Origin: Anaerolineae bacterium
GTDB lineage: Bacteria; Chloroflexota; Anaerolineae; Fen-1058
Assembly (NCBI GenBank): GCA_035283185.1
Contig: DATEUJ010000022.1
Location: 278-64,277, forward strand
Length of the DNA stretch: 64,000 nucleotides
Direction: 5' to 3'
Below, one piece after another: positions 51,352 through 60,020 of this stretch. Every line of letters begins with the position of its first letter. The first letter of the stretch is position 1. The position numbers and the translations under genes are program-made. The notes beneath the pieces were generated by a model that worked only from the letters and a program-made list of their open reading frames with translations, was not told the origin of the DNA and ran no database searches.

Positions 51352-52320
51352 TTATTGTCCCACAGCGATGACCACATGGCCCTTCTTATATCCCTTTTCG
51401 ACATATCGGTGCGCCTCGGCAGCCTGTTCTAATGAAAAGCATTTGTCAATGATCGCTTTCACTGTTCCCGCCTCAATAAGGTCTTTGAGGAAGGTGAAGT
51501 CTTCAGTGTATCTGCCTACAGTCCTCGGCGTCCAGAAGATGACCTTCTTGCCGCTCCTCCACGCGATCCATTGCCATCGGAATATCTGCGACATCTGAGG
51601 AACGGCCGTCACGTAGCGTCCGTTGAGGTTCAGGCGATTCAGAATATCCGAAAATGAGCTTTTGCCGATCACGTCAAAGATCACATCATAGGTCTCGCCG
51701 CTTTGGATGAAATCCTCTTGTGTGTAGTCAATGATGTGATCGGCCCCGATCGAGCGCAGCATGTCCAGTTTCGCTGTGCTGTCCACGCCCGTCACCTCAG
51801 CCCCGAAGTGCTTGGCAATTTGGACCGCATAAGTGCCCATACTTCCACCTGCACCAATGATCAAGACATTTTCTCCGCGCTGGATATTGGCCTTTCTAAG
51901 AAGATACACTGCGTCAAGTCCACCAACAGGAAGGGTAGCGGCTTCCTCAAAGGTCATATTGGTTGGCTTAGTGAACAGCACCCCTCTTTCAGGCAGACAA
52001 GTGTACTCTGCATAGGTGCCCAAACGAAGGCCGGACCATGCGACAATCTGGTCGCCCTTTCTGAACCTTGCGACCTTGCGGCCGACGGCTTCAACTTCCC
52101 CGGCCAGCTCCTGTCCCAGGATGACGATGCCTGGGTGTCTGGGACGAAGAAACCGAAACGCGCCAGGTGCTTTCGAAGAGCGAGCCCCACAGTCTCCTGC
52201 CGTGGCGGTTGTCGCATGGATTCTGATCAGGACTTCGTGGTTTTTCGGAGCAGGTCTTGCCACCTCTTGGAGTTGAAGGACTTCTGGAGGTCCGGGATTC
52301 GAATACGCCATCGCCTTCAT
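51352..52320 (-). CDS. NAD(P)-dependent MDR-family oxidoreductase (quinone oxidoreductase/alcohol dehydrogenase-like)
   Basis: MKAMAYSNPGPPEVLQLQEV... Rossmann motif IIGAGGSMGTYAVQIAKHFGAEVTGV. Confidence 0.8.
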   Translation of the reverse strand: MKAMAYSNPGPPEVLQLQEVARPAPKNHEVLIRIHATTATAGDCGARSSKAPGAFRFLRPRHPGIVILGQELAGEVEAVGRKVARFRKGDQIVAWSGLRLGTYAEYTCLPERGVLFTKPTNMTFEEAATLPVGGLDAVYLLRKANIQRGENVLIIGAGGSMGTYAVQIAKHFGAEVTGVDSTAKLDMLRSIGADHIIDYTQEDFIQSGETYDVIFDVIGKSSFSDILNRLNLNGRYVTAVPQMSQIFRWQWIAWRSGKKVIFWTPRTVGRYTEDFTFLKDLIEAGTVKAIIDKCFSLEQAAEAHRYVEKGYKKGHVVIAVGQ

Positions 52321-53330
52321 GAGTGCTCCCCAAGTTGACTGGGATCGGGCACTTGTTCCTGATCGACGGTGAAGACCACCTTCCCTGTGGCATGTTCCCC
52401 TGCGAGATACCTGATTGCTTCGGCAGCCTCGCACAAGGGGTAGATCCTGTCGATGACGGGCACAACTTTGCCGGCTTCAACAAGGTCTCTCACAAAGATC
52501 AAGTCCTTCTGGTTGGTTTTCGAGATCCCCATGAAGCCCATCTTCTTGCCTCCGACCAGCGACAGGACCGGTCCTATCAGCATCCCCTGAAGGATCTGGG
52601 GCATGGAGCCGCCGATGGCGACATACCTTCCGCCAGGGCGGAGGGCGCGTCGGTAATCCAGGATCGGGTGATATCCGTTCACGCCAAGGATCAAGTCATA
52701 TCGCTGCCCATTCTGGGTGAAATCTTCTCGCCGGTAATCGATGACGTGGTCTGCCCCAATCGAACGCGCCATGTCCAGGTTTCGTGCGCTGCATACGGCT
52801 GTCACTTCAGCCCCGAAGGATTTGGCAATCTGCACCGCAAACGTACCCACGCCGCCAGACGCCCCGTTGATGAGAACCTTTTGGCCGGGCTGAATCTGCC
52901 CCTTGTTGCGAAGCCCCTGCAATGCGGTCAATGCCGCAACAGGGACGGCAGCGGCAGCCTCAAACGATAGATTGGCCGGTTTCAGCGCCAAGTTATCTTC
53001 GGCTGCACACGCATACTCGGCGAACCCACCCTCATATCCCGCAGATACCCCAAAGACCTCATCACCTGGCTGAAACTGCTTTACACTTGCGCCAACGGCC
53101 TCTACCCGCCCTGCGATGTCCACGCCGAGCACCTTGTAGCCGGACCGACGGGCCGTGCTCCCCGGATCCGTCTCAAGGGAGACCCCTTCGAAGTGGCGGT
53201 GGTCGAGTGCGTTCGCGGAGGCCGCATGAACCTTGACCAAGACATGATCTTCCCTGGGCTCGGGCTTTGTCACGTCTGTTAGCCGAAGAACCCCCCGAGG
53301 ACCGTACCGTGTGTATGCCATCGCTTTCAT
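52317..53330 (-). CDS. NAD(P)-dependent MDR-family oxidoreductase
   Basis: MKAMAYTRYGPRGVLRLTDV... INGASGGVGTFAVQIAKSFGAEVTAV. ATGA overlap with the downstream paralogue. Confidence 0.8.
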   Translation of the reverse strand: MKAMAYTRYGPRGVLRLTDVTKPEPREDHVLVKVHAASANALDHRHFEGVSLETDPGSTARRSGYKVLGVDIAGRVEAVGASVKQFQPGDEVFGVSAGYEGGFAEYACAAEDNLALKPANLSFEAAAAVPVAALTALQGLRNKGQIQPGQKVLINGASGGVGTFAVQIAKSFGAEVTAVCSARNLDMARSIGADHVIDYRREDFTQNGQRYDLILGVNGYHPILDYRRALRPGGRYVAIGGSMPQILQGMLIGPVLSLVGGKKMGFMGISKTNQKDLIFVRDLVEAGKVVPVIDRIYPLCEAAEAIRYLAGEHATGKVVFTVDQEQVPDPSQLGEHS

Positions 53331-53386
53331 TGGCCTTCTCCTATAGATCGGTGCATCCTTCAAGAGGCCGCGTCGTCGAATCGAAA

Positions 53387-54103
53387 TCACCCCCGACCCA
53401 GCCTGTAGAGCCGGAAGCCTGCCAGCAGGTAGAAGGCCGTCGCGAGGAGGGCGTTGATGTACCGAAGTACAGCCAAAGGTTCCAGGAAGTACCTGCCCAT
53501 GAAGAGGATCCCGGTTAGGCCTACTGCCAGGGCAACGTAGGCAGTGCCCTTGCTAAAGACGCCCTTGAACATGACCAGACCGGCGAAGAGAACCCCGAGA
53601 GAAGGGATCAGGATGGCGTAGGTACCAAACAGGGGGGAAACCAGCATCGCCGACGGGTAGGCCGCGGCCGCTACGTAGGCCGCCCTCTGGGCCTCCGTTG
53701 CTGCAGCACCGTAGGCGACACCGGACGTGATGAGTGCCGAGTAGGCTGTCCACGTGACCGCCAGGTCCAAGATGACAAAGAGGAAGGCCTTGAAGGTCAG
53801 CGCCACCAACATCAGCCCCTTGTTGATGTGCTTCAGGGCCATATAGAGCCCGAAGAAGATCGGCACCAGCAGGAGGTCTGTGGCCACCATGAGAAAGACA
53901 ATGACCCACCATCCCGCAGCGTGTTCTGCGAAGTAGGCAACCTGCGCCGCGACGCCGCTCGTCGGCGGGTCCCCCACCCACCCGTAGACCGGGAAGGTGA
54001 GGAGGTACCCGATAACAAGGACGAATGCGGCAACTGCACCTACGCGATACAACCACTTCCCTTCTGGATCCACTGCACTGGTCATTCTATTCTGCGTGTT
54101 CAT
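53387..54103 (-). CDS. DUF4386-like membrane protein
   Basis: MNTQNRMTSAVDPEGKWLYRVGAVAAFVLVIGYLLTFPVYG... GGAGGAG RBS. The ORF-track start at 54304 overlaps the upstream gene. Confidence 0.65.
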   Translation of the reverse strand: MNTQNRMTSAVDPEGKWLYRVGAVAAFVLVIGYLLTFPVYGWVGDPPTSGVAAQVAYFAEHAAGWWVIVFLMVATDLLLVPIFFGLYMALKHINKGLMLVALTFKAFLFVILDLAVTWTAYSALITSGVAYGAAATEAQRAAYVAAAAYPSAMLVSPLFGTYAILIPSLGVLFAGLVMFKGVFSKGTAYVALAVGLTGILFMGRYFLEPLAVLRYINALLATAFYLLAGFRLYRLGRG

Positions 54104-54381
54104 CGGTTCTTCTCCTCCTTGGATGAGTTTCCCGGCTCCCCGGGCGGAGCAGGGTTGATCGAAACCAGAGGCACTCCGAGGTCGCGCAATCTCCTCAGCA
54201 GCCCATACAGCGCGGCCTGATCCTCCACCGGTCCAGTCAGCAGCGTATCGCCGTTCTCTTCCAGTGTGATGGTCAGGCCCCCAAACCAGTCTGTCCATTG
54301 ACAACCCAGATGGCCTTTGATCCTGATTTGATAGACGATGGGTTGACTTGGATCAGTTGCTGGTTCGAGGTGGTTCGACAT
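54100..54381 (-). CDS. Small conserved hypothetical protein (paralogue of 59662..59913)
   Basis: IVYQIRIKGHLGCQWTDWFGGLTITLEENGDTLLTGPVEDQAALYGLLRRLRDLGVPLVSI. Confidence 0.7.
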   Translation of the reverse strand: MSNHLEPATDPSQPIVYQIRIKGHLGCQWTDWFGGLTITLEENGDTLLTGPVEDQAALYGLLRRLRDLGVPLVSINPAPPGEPGNSSKEEKNR

Positions 54382-54477
54382 TCCCTGTACCGGTTGTGGC
54401 CGAGCATGACAGCTTTTGCCACTTGCTCAATGTGCCGGCAATATACCAACAATACGGTATGAGCGTATAGATACTAA

Positions 54478-54499
54478 AGTATTGTTCGGGAGTATTGTT
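54478..54499. promoter_or_regulatory. Direct repeats AGTATTGT, candidate regulator-binding site upstream of the small-protein operon
   Basis: agtattgttcgggagtattgtt, with an inverted copy acaatac at 54448-54454. The same word is repeated at 59981-60013 in the paralogous module. Confidence 0.35.
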
Positions 54500-54595
54500 T
54501 TGGGGTTGCTGAGAGGGGAGTTCTAAAACTCTGGCTTTACGGACCGCTTGCGTACGGTTCTTGATTACAACTTGGCAGGGGAACTGACATATAGG

Positions 54596-57376
54596 CTACA
54601 ATAGACCCAACTCGCGGGCACGGGCTACCGCTTCGGTGCGCCTTTGGACCTGTAGCTTGTCAAAGATGATCCGAGTGTGTCCCTTCACCGTGCTCAGGGC
54701 GAGGAAAAGACGCTCGCCGATCTCACGATTCGAGAGTCCTTGGGCAATGAGCCGCAGCACTTCCAACTCGCGTTCGGTGAGCGGTTCGATGAGTGTGTCG
54801 CCCGTTGGCTGGCTTGATTTGATCGGAAAATCTGCACCGAAATGGGACAGCAATTTGCTTACATACACGCGCAGATGCGGTTCGCTCAATGATTGGCTTT
54901 CCAGGCCCCACAAAAGGAATTCTTCCATCGGCTTGCCCATATCGAGAAAACTGCGCACATAATTTTCTGGTTCAGCAAGCGCCAACGCGCGTTTGAGCCC
55001 TGTGATCGCGGATACGGTTTCCCTCTGCGCGTATAACGCCAGCGCGTCAAGGATGAGGAGGCGCGCCACATTGAACATCAAGCCGCTGGCTTGCGCTTGT
55101 TCCAACGCCGGCTCGATCAGCGCACGCGCCTGACCCAGGGCAGAATCATCGCGCTGCCGAAAATAGCGCGCGATCCGCGCACGCGCGAGGACAATCGGTA
55201 TGGTGTCGCGGGAGCGCCCGATTTGCGATCGCCACTCGGAATCGTGGCTTTGTTCCCATTGCGCGATGGCTTGAAAGTCTTTTTGCGCGATCCACAAAAT
55301 GATTTGATAAAGCGCGAGCGAACCCAGGTCGGGAGGAGACGAATACGAATCGCGCGTGATTTGTTCCGCGCGCCCAATCATTGCGCGTGCGTCATCCGCT
55401 TGCCCGCGCGCCTGCATCACCAGCGCCGACAAACCATAGGCAGGCACGAGCAGGCGCGGGTTTCTCCACAATTCGCCGACGCGAATGCACTCCTGCAAGG
55501 CGCGCGCCGCGCCATCCAAATCGTTCCACTCGTAGAGCAGACCGGCCCTACCCTGTTGCACGAGACACAACGCAATGGAAGATTGCCCGCCCCATTTTTC
55601 CGCGAGTCCAATGGACTGTTCGTACATTCGAGATGCGTCGCGCAGGTTGCCCTGGAGCCATTCATAGTCGGCCAAATACGCCAAGGCCATTAACGGAAGC
55701 GGAGCGTTCCCCACCGAGCTGGCGGAAGGGAAGGCCTTGCCCAACTCATACGCTTCGCGGAAGGCGCTCTTGGCGGCAATAATATCACCGCTCATTTCTT
55801 CGTAGGCCACGCCCAAAGTAAGCAAAATCCGACTGCGGGGCGACGCCTCTTCCGGCGGCACGCGCGACAAGGCTTGCCGGGCTAATTCGATAAAGGCGGG
55901 CATATCGTAACGGCGCGTCGCGATCATCACGCGAATCACGTAAAGTTCGCCAAGCAGAGAGGGCGCGGTTTGAACGAGCGGCATCAGTTGATTCAACTGT
56001 TGCTCGGCGCGCTCCAATTGATTTGACATAAAGAGCGCCCACGCATAAACCATTCCCAGCCCGGGCCGGTCGAGTAGAACCTGGGCCGGGAACGCTTCGA
56101 ACCAACCAAGCCGGGTTTTGCTTTCACTGCGCATCGGCCACTGATCAGAAAACCGTTCGATGATTTCAGCGGCGCGGTGCCAATCCTGAATTGCAAGCGC
56201 GTGCGTGACCGCTTCGTTTGGCAAATCGTTGCGCCCATACCAATCGCTGGCGCGGCGGTGGAGTTCGGCGATCTGATCTGAGTACGCGCGAGTGAGGCGG
56301 TTTCGCAGCAATTCCGCAAAGAGATCATGATAGCGATACCAGCGACGCTCATTGTCCAGGGGAATGATGAACAGGTTGGCGCGTTCGAGATATTCCAGGG
56401 TCTCTTGCCCGGAAGCAGACCCCGACGGGTCGAGCACTACGGCATCACAAAGGGGGCCGCACAAGCGGTCAAGGATTGACGTGCGCCGCAAGAAATTCTG
56501 AATGCTTTCGGGTTGCTTTTGTAGTACTTCTTCGAGCAGATAGTCCAGCACAAAATGATGACTGCCAGTGAAGGACTGGATGAAACCGGCTGTATCTTGA
56601 AGTCCTTGCATTGAGAGCGCGGCTAATTGCAGTCCAGCGATCCAACCTTCAGTGCGGGCTTCCAGTGCGGCGCTGTCTTCCACTGAGAGGTTGAGGCCCA
56701 TCACCTGGTTGAGAAACTCGGCAGCTTCGGCGGGGGTGAAACGCAAGTCGGCGGCGCGCAGTTCGGTCAATTGACCCCGGGCGCGATACCGGGCCAGGGG
56801 TAGCTGTGGATCCTCACGGGTGGCGATGACCAGGTGCATCTGCGGCGGCAGGTGCTCGAGCAGAAAGGTGAGGGCATGGTCAACCGGTTGGGCATCAATC
56901 ACGTGGTAGTCGTCGAGGACGAGAACGAAATTGTCCGAGACGGTGGTGATTTCATTGAGCAGGGCCGTCAGAATCGATTCGATTGGTGGCGGCTGAGGGG
57001 CTTGGAGCACCCCCAACACCCCTGCTCCAATATCCGCCGCAATCCCTTCGTCTCCGCTCACCTGTGCCCGCGGCCCAGGTGCAGGCAGGGCAAGCGTCTG
57101 CAAAGCAGCGACGAGGTAAGCCAGAAAGCGTGCGGGATCGTTATCCCCTTCGTCCAGCGAAACCCAGGCGGCCGGTCGCTCGCAACTGGTAATCCATTCA
57201 CTGACCAGCGTGGTCTTCCCAAAACCAGCAGGCGCAGAGATGAGGGTAAGTTTGCGTCCAAAACCCTGGTTTTGGCGCAGACCCTCGTTCAGCCGCTCGA
57301 TCAGGCGGGGGCGGAGGACAACTTGAGGCCGAGGTGGGGGGATATAAAGTTTAGTGGCCAAAATTGGCGCAGGCAC
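54596..57376 (-). CDS. MalT-like LuxR-family regulator (STAND NTPase, TPR-like sensor region, C-terminal LuxR HTH)
   Basis: P-loop ISAPAGFGKTTLV. Walker B VLVLDDYH. C-terminus LTERELEVLRLIAQGLSNREIGERLFLALSTVKGHTRIIFDKL. Confidence 0.85.
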   Translation of the reverse strand: MPAPILATKLYIPPPRPQVVLRPRLIERLNEGLRQNQGFGRKLTLISAPAGFGKTTLVSEWITSCERPAAWVSLDEGDNDPARFLAYLVAALQTLALPAPGPRAQVSGDEGIAADIGAGVLGVLQAPQPPPIESILTALLNEITTVSDNFVLVLDDYHVIDAQPVDHALTFLLEHLPPQMHLVIATREDPQLPLARYRARGQLTELRAADLRFTPAEAAEFLNQVMGLNLSVEDSAALEARTEGWIAGLQLAALSMQGLQDTAGFIQSFTGSHHFVLDYLLEEVLQKQPESIQNFLRRTSILDRLCGPLCDAVVLDPSGSASGQETLEYLERANLFIIPLDNERRWYRYHDLFAELLRNRLTRAYSDQIAELHRRASDWYGRNDLPNEAVTHALAIQDWHRAAEIIERFSDQWPMRSESKTRLGWFEAFPAQVLLDRPGLGMVYAWALFMSNQLERAEQQLNQLMPLVQTAPSLLGELYVIRVMIATRRYDMPAFIELARQALSRVPPEEASPRSRILLTLGVAYEEMSGDIIAAKSAFREAYELGKAFPSASSVGNAPLPLMALAYLADYEWLQGNLRDASRMYEQSIGLAEKWGGQSSIALCLVQQGRAGLLYEWNDLDGAARALQECIRVGELWRNPRLLVPAYGLSALVMQARGQADDARAMIGRAEQITRDSYSSPPDLGSLALYQIILWIAQKDFQAIAQWEQSHDSEWRSQIGRSRDTIPIVLARARIARYFRQRDDSALGQARALIEPALEQAQASGLMFNVARLLILDALALYAQRETVSAITGLKRALALAEPENYVRSFLDMGKPMEEFLLWGLESQSLSEPHLRVYVSKLLSHFGADFPIKSSQPTGDTLIEPLTERELEVLRLIAQGLSNREIGERLFLALSTVKGHTRIIFDKLQVQRRTEAVARARELGLL

Positions 57377-57488
57377 ACATCAATTGTAAAACACATCCCC
57401 CAAAATTCAAAGGCTGCGCAGCAGTTCGTTAATCGCATACAGGTATGGCACCAACGACAGGTTCCTACGCTCAGGTTGGCTACCGATG

Positions 57489-58148
57489 CTAACGCAGGCT
57501 AAATGGTGGATAGCGGTCGGTCACCAGCAGGAAGGCGTAGGCTCCCACCCGCAGTCCCCAGCGACCGACCCCGACCATGAAGTCAAAGAGAGCCTTCGGG
57601 TATTGACCGGTCACCAGAATGGCGAACCAGGCCACGATCACGGCGAAGAATGCGGCAATGCCGAGAAAAAACAGGACAATATAATGCGGGATCGCGAGCA
57701 GCCACTTGACCAGGGGTAACCACCGATTGAGGTCGGTTTCGACGTCGGGGTAGTCGATCTCCAGGTGGACAGACTGCTCTTCGACGGTGGACGGGTATCG
57801 GTCGCTGAGCAGGGCGGCGTAGGCGCCGACTCTGGCCCCGAAGCGGGTCAGCTCGCGAGCAAAGTCGAACCACCAGCGTGGATAACGCCGTCGAAAGAGG
57901 ATCATCAGGGCCGTGGCTGTCGAGAGACCACTCGCCAGTCCAGCCGCCGTCTCCCGAGTTATTCTGATCACCTCACCGGCTTCATTGAGGATAACCGTGT
58001 TGGTGACCGTCTCGCCAGACCCCGAGACGAGGCCCAGGATGATGGCGATGGGAATGATCCAGATCAGACGGAAGAAGGTTGTCAGCCGGTCCAGTTTCTC
58101 CGGATAGTCGATCTCCAGACGAGCAGGATATGCGATAGGGTTATACAC
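57489..58148 (-). CDS. DUF4389-like membrane protein
   Basis: YPARLEIDYPEKLDRLTTFFRLIWIIPIAIIL... and a second repeat LEIDYPDVETDLNRWLPLVKWLLAIPHYIVL. Confidence 0.65.
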   Translation of the reverse strand: MYNPIAYPARLEIDYPEKLDRLTTFFRLIWIIPIAIILGLVSGSGETVTNTVILNEAGEVIRITRETAAGLASGLSTATALMILFRRRYPRWWFDFARELTRFGARVGAYAALLSDRYPSTVEEQSVHLEIDYPDVETDLNRWLPLVKWLLAIPHYIVLFFLGIAAFFAVIVAWFAILVTGQYPKALFDFMVGVGRWGLRVGAYAFLLVTDRYPPFSLR

Positions 58149-59136
58149 GACGCGCCTCCTTGTTATTCTGTTCCACAGTGATGACTACTTTGCCTCGGGC
58201 GTGTTCTTCTACAAGATACCTGATAGCTTCAGCCACCTCACTTAATGGGTAACATCTATCGATGACAGGTACGACTTTGCCGGCTTCGAGCAACTTTCCG
58301 ATAAAGACCAAGTCCTCCTGATTTGAACGCGCCAGCATGACCCCCATTTTCTTGCATCCGAGCCTCGATACCAATGGCCCCAGAAGCATCGCCTGGAAAA
58401 CTTGAGACAGGGAACCTCCAGCCACGACGCAAATTCCCTCAGGGTTTAATGCCCTCTTATAATCCAGAATTGGATGGTATCCGTTAACGGCCAGAATCAA
58501 GTCATAACGCTGCCCGTTTTTGGTGAAATCTTTCTGCGTGTAATCAATAACATGGTCTGCCCCTATTGAGCGCGCCATGTCCAAGTTCCGGGTGCTGCAA
58601 ACGGCAGTCACTTCAGCCCCGTAGGATTTGGCAATCTGCACCGCAAATGTCCCTACACCGCCAGAAGCGCCCTGAATGAGCACTTTTTGCCCCGCTTGAA
58701 CGCGCCCTTTATCTCGTAATCCCTGCAAGGCAGTGACTGCTGGCATTGGGACTGCCGCAGCCTGCTCAAACATCAGGTTGGCAGGCTTTCTTACCAATAA
58801 CGTTTCAGGTGCGCAGACATATTCAGCGAACCCACCAAAGCCAATGCCAGAAAGATCACCGAATACGTCATCGCCCGGCTTGAACTGGGTGACCTTTTTA
58901 CCGACTGCTTCGACCCGCCCGGCAATGTCTGCGCCGAGAATTTTGTTGTTCGGCTTGAACACGCCAAAGCCCATGATGCGGGGGACCAGTCCGCTTAGCA
59001 GATGATGGTCCGCGGCGTTGACCGCCACCGCGTGGACCTTGACCAGCACTTCATTGTCCCTGGGAGATGGCTGCGGGACGTCTGTCAGTGTCAGCGCATC
59101 GGGTGTGCCGTATTGGTTGTAGACAATCGCTTTCAT
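58141..59136 (-). CDS. NAD(P)-dependent MDR-family oxidoreductase (close paralogue of 52317..53330)
   Basis: MKAIVYNQYGTPDALTLTDV... IQGASGGVGTFAVQIAKSYGAEVTAVCSTRNLDMARSIGADHVIDY. Confidence 0.8.
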   Translation of the reverse strand: MKAIVYNQYGTPDALTLTDVPQPSPRDNEVLVKVHAVAVNAADHHLLSGLVPRIMGFGVFKPNNKILGADIAGRVEAVGKKVTQFKPGDDVFGDLSGIGFGGFAEYVCAPETLLVRKPANLMFEQAAAVPMPAVTALQGLRDKGRVQAGQKVLIQGASGGVGTFAVQIAKSYGAEVTAVCSTRNLDMARSIGADHVIDYTQKDFTKNGQRYDLILAVNGYHPILDYKRALNPEGICVVAGGSLSQVFQAMLLGPLVSRLGCKKMGVMLARSNQEDLVFIGKLLEAGKVVPVIDRCYPLSEVAEAIRYLVEEHARGKVVITVEQNNKEARRV

Positions 59137-59260
59137 GAAATATCCATTCCTGTTTCATCCCTGCTGCGGTTGAACAATAGCCGGAAGCAGGGCGAGAGTT
59201 CGCCAGCGATGCCGAGGAAGCGACAAGGATCAGGAAGAACGACCGTAGTTAGCATGATGG

Positions 59261-59665
59261 TTATTCTTCAGAACTGGACCATTTCCATGCGTTCCAGATG
59301 ATTAGCAACAGACAGATCACTTCAACAGCCATTATGAATGTGTAATGGGGATAGGATGCTCTACCAACTACAACAAACGCAATCGTGATGATGCTCGTAA
59401 TGATGTTGGCCCAACGATTCGGCCTGTACTTCAATACGCGGGAGAGGACGATCATGACAATTGCAATCTCCATCGTGATCGCGCCGCCCAACATTAGTAG
59501 AGGGATCGGGGTTTCGCCTGCAAACTTTACGAATTCCTCCAATGCCCCAGGGATGTATAGTGAAAGAATATCCGCCTTCAGCATATTGATCATTACAACT
59601 ATCCATAGGGTGGAGAGCAGAACTTTGGTGTCCAGCTTTTTGGTGGTATTTGCGTTTGTATTCAT
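59261..59665 (-). CDS. Small integral membrane protein (DUF6326-like)
   Basis: KLDTKVLLSTLWIVVMINMLKADILSLYIPG... 4 TM segments. Family from memory. Confidence 0.55.
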   Translation of the reverse strand: MNTNANTTKKLDTKVLLSTLWIVVMINMLKADILSLYIPGALEEFVKFAGETPIPLLMLGGAITMEIAIVMIVLSRVLKYRPNRWANIITSIITIAFVVVGRASYPHYTFIMAVEVICLLLIIWNAWKWSSSEE

Positions 59666-59913
59666 TTTTGTATTGCTCCTTTCTTGTTTGAACTTTGTTG
59701 ATTCAACGGGTCTGGCATCTGGTGTACCGAAACGAGCGGCAGTCCGAGGTCGCGCACCTTCCGCAGCAACCGGTACAGGGCGGGCTGATCAGGCACACGT
59801 CCAGAGAGAAGCGTGGTTCCATCCTCTTCCAGCGTAACGGACATGCCGTCGAACCAATCCTGCCATTGAGCATCCAAGCGCCCTTCGATTCGAATTTCGT
59901 AGAAGTGGGTCAT
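59662..59913 (-). CDS. Small conserved hypothetical protein (paralogue of 54100..54381)
   Basis: MTHFYEIRIEGRLDAQWQDWFDGMSVTLEEDGTTLLSGRVPDQPALYRLLRKVRDLGLPLVSV. Confidence 0.7.
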   Translation of the reverse strand: MTHFYEIRIEGRLDAQWQDWFDGMSVTLEEDGTTLLSGRVPDQPALYRLLRKVRDLGLPLVSVHQMPDPLNQQSSNKKGAIQK

Positions 59914-59980
59914 CGCCTAGCGCATTTGAATCAACGTACGCGAGTATACCGGCAGGGAGGTACTGTCGTCTAGAACCAAA

Positions 59981-60013
59981 AGTATTGTCTTGAGTATTGT
60001 CTTGAGTATTGCC
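59981..60013. promoter_or_regulatory. Three 11-nt direct repeats (GAGTATTGTCT), candidate regulator-binding site
   Basis: agtattgtcttgagtattgtcttgagtattgcc. Lies between the LuxR2 stop (60021) and the small-protein start (59913). Confidence 0.35.
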
Positions 60014-60020
60014 TGGGGGA

